Assembly: GCA_019638085.1 (NCBI GenBank)
Contig: JAHBUL010000016.1
Coordinates: 19,453 to 83,452, forward strand
DNA length: 64,000 nucleotides
Origin: Flavobacteriales bacterium
Lineage (GTDB): Bacteria; Bacteroidota; Bacteroidia; Flavobacteriales_F; PHOS-HE28
Direction of reading: 5' to 3'
In this document: piece by piece, positions 57,656-64,000 of the stretch
Layout: each line of letters starts with the position of its first letter
Numbering within the stretch: position 1 is the first letter of the stretch
The notes under the pieces: model-generated
Told to the model about the DNA's origin: nothing
Databases searched by the model: none
Seen by the model: the letters and a program-made list of their open reading frames with translations, nothing else
Made by a program: the position numbers and the translations under genes

Positions 57656-58030
57656 TCAGTACAGGTCGGCAAAGCGGATCCGGCTGAGCACTTTCTGTAA
57701 GCAACGTAATACGATGGTCGCGGCCAATCCGTTCAGCCCATCGGCAGCCGTGGCGGCTCTTAACTGGTGCTCCGTAAGATCCACGCGGTTCACCACCAGA
57801 CCGAAGGCATGCGGGCCTTCCCGTTCCCGCTCGGTGATGATCGCCAACACCTGTGTACGCAACTCTTCAAAAGCAGCTTCACCAACTTTGGGCAATACGA
57901 GATCTTCTTCCCGTAGGTCCTTACGCAACTGGGCCACGGTCGCATGCAGCACCACGGCCTCATCGAGCCGTTTGCGAAGGCCCTTCATCCCATCGCCATC
58001 GCCACCCGTTATCGACAGTCCCTCGTGCAT
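57656..58030 (-). CDS. conserved hypothetical protein
   Basis: ORF 57656-58060 with candidate starts at 58030 (MHEG) or 57988 (MKGL). The segment FGLVVNRVDLTEHQL resembles a small Bacteroidota family I recall (LLYRIDV.E..L). Function unknown. Confidence 0.5.
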   Translation of the reverse strand: MHEGLSITGGDGDGMKGLRKRLDEAVVLHATVAQLRKDLREEDLVLPKVGEAAFEELRTQVLAIITEREREGPHAFGLVVNRVDLTEHQLRAATAADGLNGLAATIVLRCLQKVLSRIRFADLY

Positions 58031-58156
58031 CCTTGTTCGTGGTACTGCAAAGGTGCGCAACCCTTGGCACTATTTTCGCCGATGCTTGAGCACCGTTCTG
58101 TTGATCCAGCGGATCGACAGAACAAAACCCCACACTCATCCATTGCAGAATATACC

Positions 58157-59029
58157 ATGCGCAACTTCCTCTTTCTGGCCGCCTTTGCCGTTTCATCCGT
58201 CGCTACCGCCCAATATGGCACCTTCGATAGAAAGGCCGTCGATGCCGCGAAAAGCTCTACGACCATCGTATTGCGTGATGCCACGGACAGCCCGTACAAC
58301 CGTGATCTGATGAACGCGGTGAAAGCCCACTGGAAGTTCACAGGCGGCACGGACTTCGGCACCATCACAGACCTGGCCACCATGCCGGTGGATCCCGCGA
58401 GCATCTACCTGATGAAGATCCGCAAAAGCGATAAGGAAAAACACGATGCCACCTTCCTCGCGTTGGTGCAAGGGTGGAAGATGAAGAAAGGCGAATCCCT
58501 GACCGTGGAGAACAATGCCGTGACCAACCTGCCGCCCGCACAGGAATTGGCCTCCATCATGATCGATGCAGAGCTGATGGACAATGGCGGGAGCGCCATG
58601 CTGAACACCTACGTGATGAACTTGCAGGACTACCTGAAGCAGGTGGAGACCGGGAAGATCACGGATAAGGCCACTGCGGATCGCCTCTATGCATCACGCA
58701 ACCGTTATGTGAAGGAAATGGAGTTGCTAGTAGCCAAGGACCAATTGGACAAAAGCCTCGCAGACCTCGATGCCATCAAGGAGACATATAAACACGAAGT
58801 TCAGTTGACGGACTATTCCAAGCTGATGGAAGCTGCTGCCCAGGCCAAGCCGAACGTAGCCCTTGCCGATGTGGTGATCACCGGCGAATACAAGACCAAG
58901 TGGTGTTTCCGTCGTGTATTCAATGCCAGCACCGGTGAGCTGATGTACCAACGTGACGAGGCCGCGCTCTACGACAAGAAGATGGGCTTCATCAAGGAGG
59001 ACTTCCGGGTGCTGGAGCAATCGCGGTAA
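58157..59029 (+). CDS. hypothetical secreted protein
   Basis: 290 aa from the internal ATG, with signal peptide MRNFLFLAAFAVSSVATAQ. No family recognised. Confidence 0.6.
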   Translation: MRNFLFLAAFAVSSVATAQYGTFDRKAVDAAKSSTTIVLRDATDSPYNRDLMNAVKAHWKFTGGTDFGTITDLATMPVDPASIYLMKIRKSDKEKHDATFLALVQGWKMKKGESLTVENNAVTNLPPAQELASIMIDAELMDNGGSAMLNTYVMNLQDYLKQVETGKITDKATADRLYASRNRYVKEMELLVAKDQLDKSLADLDAIKETYKHEVQLTDYSKLMEAAAQAKPNVALADVVITGEYKTKWCFRRVFNASTGELMYQRDEAALYDKKMGFIKEDFRVLEQSR

Positions 59030-59460
59030 GTAAGGGTTCACCACCCTTCGCCTCAGCGTTCGCCATCCTTCAACACCCAACCGCATCGGCGCCTATATCG
59101 TGGACGAAACGGGCAGGATCCGGCCACCTTCACGCCAACACCCCATAGGGCAACCCGCACCTTGACGCTACTGACCTACTTGGCCAATGGCTCTCTCGTG
59201 CTGCAGTTCGTCCATGGCCATGGTGTGAGCTCGCGCTCCTTCCGGCTGCTGCGCTAGTCAAGGTGCGGTCTCGTAGCGACAGGAGCATACAACAAGCCCC
59301 CGGGGACGAATCCGGATTCCCGCACATGCAGACACGAACTGCGGCCATGGACCTGCTTCACAGCCGCCATGCAGTGGTGTGGTAGCCATGCTTCCACTGC
59401 TGTTCGGCCCCGGCAAGCGGCCCGGCCCTACTTTCGCCGCGCCACACCACAACACTACGG

Positions 59461-61152
59461 ATGCAATTCGGGATCTTTGAGTTTTTACGACTGGTTGGAG
59501 CGTTGGGGTTCTTCATCTACGGCATGAAGGTGATGAGCGAAGGCATCCAGAAGGCCGCCGGTGGTAGCCTTCGCCGGATCATTCGTGCCATGACCAAGAA
59601 CCGCTATTTCGGCGTGGTCACGGGGTTCCTGGTAACTGCATTGGTGCAAAGCTCCTCGGCCACGACGGTAATGACGGTGAGCTTCGTCAACGCTGGCCTG
59701 CTCAGCCTTACGGAATCCGTCGGCGTTTTGATGGGCGCCAATGTCGGCACCACCATCACCGCTTGGCTCATCTCACTACTGGGCTTCAAGGTGAAGGTGG
59801 CCACGTTCTCCCTGCCGGTGATCGCCATTGCCCTACCCCTGCTCTTTGCGAGGCCGAAGAAATGGAGGTCGTGGGGTGAATTCCTCATTGGTTTCGCGCT
59901 CTTGTTCATGGGTCTGGATGCCCTGAAGGACGCCGTACCTGACTTGCGGCAAAACCCCGAGGTACTGTCATTCCTGGCCACCTATGCAGACATGGGTTTG
60001 CTCAGCACGTGGCTGTTCATTCTGGTAGGTACGGTGCTTACCGTGGTAGTGCAGTCCAGCAGCGCCGCCATGGCCCTCACCATCACCATGTGCTACCAGG
60101 GCTGGATACCCTTCGATGTGGCGGCACCCATGGTGCTGGGCGAGAACATCGGCACCACCATCACCGCGCAAATGGCCGCGCTGGTAGGCAATGTGCATGC
60201 CAAGCGAGCTGCCACCATCCACACCATTTTCAACGTATTGGGCGTGGCTTGGATGATCCTGGCCATGCCGCTTTTCCTGAAGGCCATCGCAGCGCTCATG
60301 GTGATCGAAGGCCTTGGTGATCCCTTCACCACGGCAACTTCCATCCCGTTCGGTCTCGCCTATTTCCACACCGCATTCAATCTGGCCAATGTGCTCTTGC
60401 TCATCTGGTTCGTGCCCATACTTGTGCGCATCGCCGAGCGCATCGTGAAGCCGCACGGAGAAGAAGATGAGGATTTCCGATTGGAATACATCGCCACCGG
60501 CCTCATGGGCACACCGGAACTCTCCACGCTTGAGGCGCGCAAGGAACTGGCCAAATTCGGGGAAATAACCGCCCGTATGAGCGGTTTCATTGAGCAACTG
60601 CTGAACGCCGACGACCCCAAGAGGCAGCGAAAAATGCTCAAAAAAGTTCGCAAATACGAGGAGATCACCGACCGCTTGGAAGTGGAGATCGCCGCCTATT
60701 TGGCCAAGGTGAGCCAAGGCGACCTGAGCGAGGGACTCTCCCAGCGCATCAGGGGTATGCTCTCCATTACGAACGACCTGGAACGCATCGGCGATATCTT
60801 CTACCAAATGTCACTCGCAATCGAACGGAAGAACGAGGAGCAGCATTGGTTCTCCCCGTCGCAGCGTCAAAACCTGATGGAACTGTTCAGCTTGGTGGAC
60901 GAGGCCTTCGTAGTGATGAACGACAATCTGGTCATCGATAGCCCTTCCGGTGCCGAACTCGCCAAGGCCATGCGAGCGGAAGAAGCCATCAACCACAAAC
61001 GCGATGAGTTGCGCAGCGCCCATCTGGCAAGCATCGAGCGAGGCGATTACAATGTACGCGGCGGCATGGTGTACAACGACCTCTTCTCAAGTGCCGAGCG
61101 CGTGGGCGACCACATCATCAACGTGAGCGAAGCACTGGTGGATCGGGACTGA
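59461..61152 (+). CDS. Na/Pi cotransporter family protein with PhoU-like domain (paralog 2)
   Basis: 563 aa, colinear with the 14938-16626 product. Shared motifs: FIYGMKVMSEGIQ, GANVGTT / GENIGTT, ITNDLERIGDIFYQM and AERVGDHIINVSEA. Confidence 0.9.
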   Translation: MQFGIFEFLRLVGALGFFIYGMKVMSEGIQKAAGGSLRRIIRAMTKNRYFGVVTGFLVTALVQSSSATTVMTVSFVNAGLLSLTESVGVLMGANVGTTITAWLISLLGFKVKVATFSLPVIAIALPLLFARPKKWRSWGEFLIGFALLFMGLDALKDAVPDLRQNPEVLSFLATYADMGLLSTWLFILVGTVLTVVVQSSSAAMALTITMCYQGWIPFDVAAPMVLGENIGTTITAQMAALVGNVHAKRAATIHTIFNVLGVAWMILAMPLFLKAIAALMVIEGLGDPFTTATSIPFGLAYFHTAFNLANVLLLIWFVPILVRIAERIVKPHGEEDEDFRLEYIATGLMGTPELSTLEARKELAKFGEITARMSGFIEQLLNADDPKRQRKMLKKVRKYEEITDRLEVEIAAYLAKVSQGDLSEGLSQRIRGMLSITNDLERIGDIFYQMSLAIERKNEEQHWFSPSQRQNLMELFSLVDEAFVVMNDNLVIDSPSGAELAKAMRAEEAINHKRDELRSAHLASIERGDYNVRGGMVYNDLFSSAERVGDHIINVSEALVDRD

Positions 61153-61275
61153 CGCGCCGAAAGAATCGTTGTAAGCAGATCCTGCATGTCGATCGATCAT
61201 GGATCGATGACCTTTGCGGAGCTATCCACGCTCCGGCCACCTTCAACCGGAACGATCCATTACCTCACGGCGATC

Positions 61276-62178
61276 ATGTCCACCATCCTCATTACCGGCG
61301 GCAGCGGCCTCATTGGTGGCCATCTTACCAAGCTCTTGCTGAAAGAAGGTTATACCGTGCGGCACCTCAGCCGTACCGTTAGGGTCAATGTTGCCGTGCC
61401 CACGTTCAAATGGGACATCAGCAAGGGTTTTGTGGACCCACTTGCGCTGGATAGCGTGGACCACATCGTACACCTTAGCGGTGCCGGCATTGCGGATGGA
61501 TCGTGGACGAAGGAGCGTATGCAAGTGCTCTATTCCAGCCGGGTGGATGCAGCTGAATTGTTGCGAAACGAAGTGGAGCGATCCGGCATTTGGCCCAAGA
61601 GCTTTATCAGCGCAAGCGGCATCAATTACTACGGTGCATTAACCTCGGATCACCTGTTCACGGAAAGCGATCCGCCAGCCAACGATACCATCGGCAAATT
61701 GACGCAGGCCTGGGAAGAGGCGGCGGATGCATGGGCACCGCATTGTCGGGTGGTGAAGCTGCGCACATCCGTAGTGCTCGCACAAGAGGGTGGCGCATTA
61801 CCGAAGCTTGCGAAGCCTGCACGATGGGGGCTTTCCGCGCCCTTGGGAACAGGCACGCAATGGATGCCCTGGGTCCACGTTGAAGACCTTGCACAGGTCT
61901 ATCTTCATGCCATCCGGCATACCGTGTTGGAAGGTGCATATAACATCGTGGCGCCGGAAGACGTGCAGAACCAGGAATTCATGCGGCAACTGGCTGAGGT
62001 ATTACACAAGCCCTTTTTCGTCCCGCATGTTCCGGCATTCGCCATCCGCGCCATACTTGGGGAAATGAGCGGCTTGATACTCGAAGGTTCGCGTGCTTCC
62101 AATGCGAAACTGACCGCAACCGGCTTCGAATTCCGGCATCCGAAGTTGAGGGAAGCGTTGAGCGGGCTACTTCAATAG
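61276..62178 (+). CDS. TIGR01777/YfcH-like epimerase family protein (SDR fold plus DUF1731-like C-terminus)
   Basis: MSTILITGGSGLIGGHL Rossmann start, from the internal ATG at 61276. The C-terminal FEFRHPKLREAL is typical of the family. Confidence 0.8.
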   Translation: MSTILITGGSGLIGGHLTKLLLKEGYTVRHLSRTVRVNVAVPTFKWDISKGFVDPLALDSVDHIVHLSGAGIADGSWTKERMQVLYSSRVDAAELLRNEVERSGIWPKSFISASGINYYGALTSDHLFTESDPPANDTIGKLTQAWEEAADAWAPHCRVVKLRTSVVLAQEGGALPKLAKPARWGLSAPLGTGTQWMPWVHVEDLAQVYLHAIRHTVLEGAYNIVAPEDVQNQEFMRQLAEVLHKPFFVPHVPAFAIRAILGEMSGLILEGSRASNAKLTATGFEFRHPKLREALSGLLQ

Positions 62179-63116
62179 TTCCGCACCATCAACTGTGCCG
62201 AAAGCGCCCGCAGCGGCTGTTTCCGATCCTCCGGGACCTCGATCGCATCCAGCGCTTCCATGGCCTTCGTCTCCTCAGCTTGTATGGCGCGTTCAGCTTC
62301 ATCCCGTACTCCTAGCTCCTCCAGGGTCCGTAACATTTGCGCTACATCACGCTGATCCGGTGTCTTCGCCAATTCCTTCTGCAGTTCACTTCGTCCACTT
62401 GACGCACTCTGCTCCAAGCCACGGATCAACAGGATCGTCTTCTTTCCCGCGAGAAGGTCGCCGCCTTGTTGTTTGCCTGTCCTGATGGGATCACCGAAAG
62501 CATCGAGCAGGTCATCGCGCAATTGAAAAGCGAGACCGATGTGCTCCCCGAACGCACCGATGTGCTCGCTGTCGGCTGTAGATGCTCCGGCAATTGCAGC
62601 TCCCACCCGCAGCGAACAAGCCAAGAGCACGGCGGTCTTCAAGCGGATCATGTCCATGTACTCATCAGCGCCGACATCATTACGCTCCTCGAACTCCATG
62701 TCGAGCTGCTGACCTTCGCACACTTCCAGCGCATATCGGCTGAAGATCGCCGCCACGTCCGGTCTCTTCGCCATCAACTGATATGACTTCACCATCATGG
62801 CGTCGCCGCTGAGGATGGCGGTGTTCACGTTCCACTTTTCATGCACGGTAGGCTGGCCACGGCGCAAGGGTGCCGCGTCCATGATGTCGTCATGCATCAG
62901 AGTGAAGTTGTGGAAGAGTTCGATGCCCAAGGCTGCGTCGAGTGCATCTTCTGTGCGGCCACCGAAGAGCTCGCAACCCATCAACACCAATGCCGGCCGA
63001 ACACGCTTGGCAGGCAAGGCCATGAGGTAGGCCATCGGTGCATAGAGACCACCTTGGGGTAATGCGCTCACCCAGGCTTCCAAGTGCTTGTCGATCAAGG
63101 TGCGGTGGTGGGGCAT
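62172..63116 (-). CDS. polyprenyl diphosphate synthase family protein
   Basis: 314 aa with first Asp-rich motif LMHDDIMD...RRG and second motif FQLRDDLLD. Confidence 0.9.
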   Translation of the reverse strand: MPHHRTLIDKHLEAWVSALPQGGLYAPMAYLMALPAKRVRPALVLMGCELFGGRTEDALDAALGIELFHNFTLMHDDIMDAAPLRRGQPTVHEKWNVNTAILSGDAMMVKSYQLMAKRPDVAAIFSRYALEVCEGQQLDMEFEERNDVGADEYMDMIRLKTAVLLACSLRVGAAIAGASTADSEHIGAFGEHIGLAFQLRDDLLDAFGDPIRTGKQQGGDLLAGKKTILLIRGLEQSASSGRSELQKELAKTPDQRDVAQMLRTLEELGVRDEAERAIQAEETKAMEALDAIEVPEDRKQPLRALSAQLMVRNY

Positions 63117-63122
63117 GCGGGT

Positions 63123-63245
63123 CAGTTGTCCGTTTTTAGTTGTTAGTTGTCAGGCGTTCCACGACCGTCCTCTGTTATTGCAGTACATCCGGCCTTTCGT
63201 CGCCACTCAATGAAGTCGGCCCTGACAACGGACAACGGACAACTG
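63123..63245. repeat. palindromic dispersed repeat, copy 2 (fills the rfbA to polyprenyl-synthase spacer)
   Basis: Arms CAGTTGTCCGTTTTTAGTTGTTAGTTGTCAGG and CCTGACAACGGACAACGGACAACTG. The inner ends GTTGTCAGGCGTTC and AGTCGGCCCTGACAAC are identical to copy 1 at 6102-6214. Confidence 0.85.
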
Positions 63246-63248
63246 GGT

Positions 63249-64000
63249 TCACGACACCAATTTCATCAAGTACTCGCCGTAACCGCTCTTCAACAAGGGT
63301 GTTGCCAACGCCTTCAATTGCGTCGCATCGATCCAGCCCTTTTTGTAGGCTACCTCCTCGATGCAGCCAATTCGTAGCCCTTGGCGCTCCTCGATCACCT
63401 GCACGAACTGCCCGGCCTGCATCAACGAAACAAAGGTGCCGGTATCGAGCCATGCAGTACCGCGATCGAGGATCTCCACCTTCAGCTTACCACGCTTCAG
63501 GTATTCCTTGTTCACGTCCGTGATCTCGTACTCGCCGCGCGCACTGGGCTTCAACGCAGCCGCCACCTCCACCACGCTGTTGTCGTAGAAATACAGGCCC
63601 GGAACAGCGAAGTTGCTGCGCGGCTTTTCCGGTTTCTCCTCGATGCTGATCGCGATGTTGTCCTTATCGAACTCCACTACGCCATAGCGTTCCGGATCGC
63701 TGACGTGGTAAGCGAAGACAAGGCCGCCGTCCAGTACGGTGTTGGCGCCCAGCTTGCGCCCCAAACCAGCGCCATAGAAGATGTTGTCGCCAAGTATCAA
63801 CGCCACGGGATCGTTACCGATGAACTCGCGACCGATGACGAAGGCTTGCGCCAGGCCGTTGGGCACCACTTGTTCCGCGTAGCTGAAATCACAGCCGAGG
63901 CTTTTCCCATCACCGAGCAGTTTCCTGAAGTTCGGCAGATCATATGGGGTGCTGATGATGAGCACTTCGCGAATGCCCGCCGCGAGCAAGGTGCTCAACG
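63249..64000 (-). CDS. rfbA: glucose-1-phosphate thymidylyltransferase, C-terminal ~250 codons (N-terminus beyond the right edge)
   Basis: [31 protein letters not shown]...[13 protein letters not shown]...LGDNIFYG...YGVVEFD...[10 protein letters not shown] is the typical RmlA sequence. The track 'M' here is a TTG inside the gene. Confidence 0.92.
   Translation of the reverse strand, partial: LSTLLAAGIREVLIISTPYDLPNFRKLLGDGKSLGCDFSYAEQVVPNGLAQAFVIGREFIGNDPVALILGDNIFYGAGLGRKLGANTVLDGGLVFAYHVSDPERYGVVEFDKDNIAISIEEKPEKPRSNFAVPGLYFYDNSVVEVAAALKPSARGEYEITDVNKEYLKRGKLKVEILDRGTAWLDTGTFVSLMQAGQFVQVIEERQGLRIGCIEEVAYKKGWIDATQLKALATPLLKSGYGEYLMKLVS

Noticed and set aside
1-64000. CRISPR arrays, tRNA/rRNA genes, IS elements, prophage or integrase genes
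   Set aside because: I scanned translations and intergenic DNA. No direct-repeat/spacer architecture, no tRNA T-arm consensus strings, and no transposase, integrase or phage structural motifs were recognised.

Overview
Visibly GC-rich Bacteroidota chromosomal segment (GC not computed). The taxon is inferred from gldA, a PorP/SprF gene, five proteins with T9SS C-terminal sorting domains and DUF4296-pyrC synteny. I recognised no rRNA, tRNA, CRISPR array, transposase or integrase. There are about 45 protein genes. Housekeeping: metK 5' end (missed by the ORF track), rsgA, nfu/mrp, trmB, tyrS, pyrC, sucAB, polyprenyl synthase and an rfbA fragment. Transport: MFS, K+/H+ antiporter, MscS and two paralogous Na/Pi-PhoU cotransporters. 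Three cell-surface loci stand out: (i) an orphan 1861-aa T9SS type-B adhesin; (ii) a TonB-dependent receptor + lipoprotein + T9SS type-A protein operon whose soluble members carry nuclease-associated OB-fold-like modules; (iii) a 3246-aa adhesin (31 tandem ~88-aa repeats by my count) with cognate PorP/SprF and OmpA-family genes. The most unusual signal is a ~115-bp palindromic repeat with arms built from CAGTTGTC octamers. It sits in-frame inside the GTPase gene rsgA, adding 38 aa between switch I and DTPG, and has a second copy in the rfbA/polyprenyl-synthase spacer. Other observations: a ~185-nt compound hairpin upstream of rsgA; a DUF433 pseudogene; a one-gene cassette bracketed by a 45-bp duplication of the nfu 3' end; a ~390-bp structured non-coding gap ending in a minus-strand terminator; and a 1-nt frameshift that detaches the signal peptide of a T9SS glycoside hydrolase. 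All calls come from reading the translations and sequence by eye. No database search was run.
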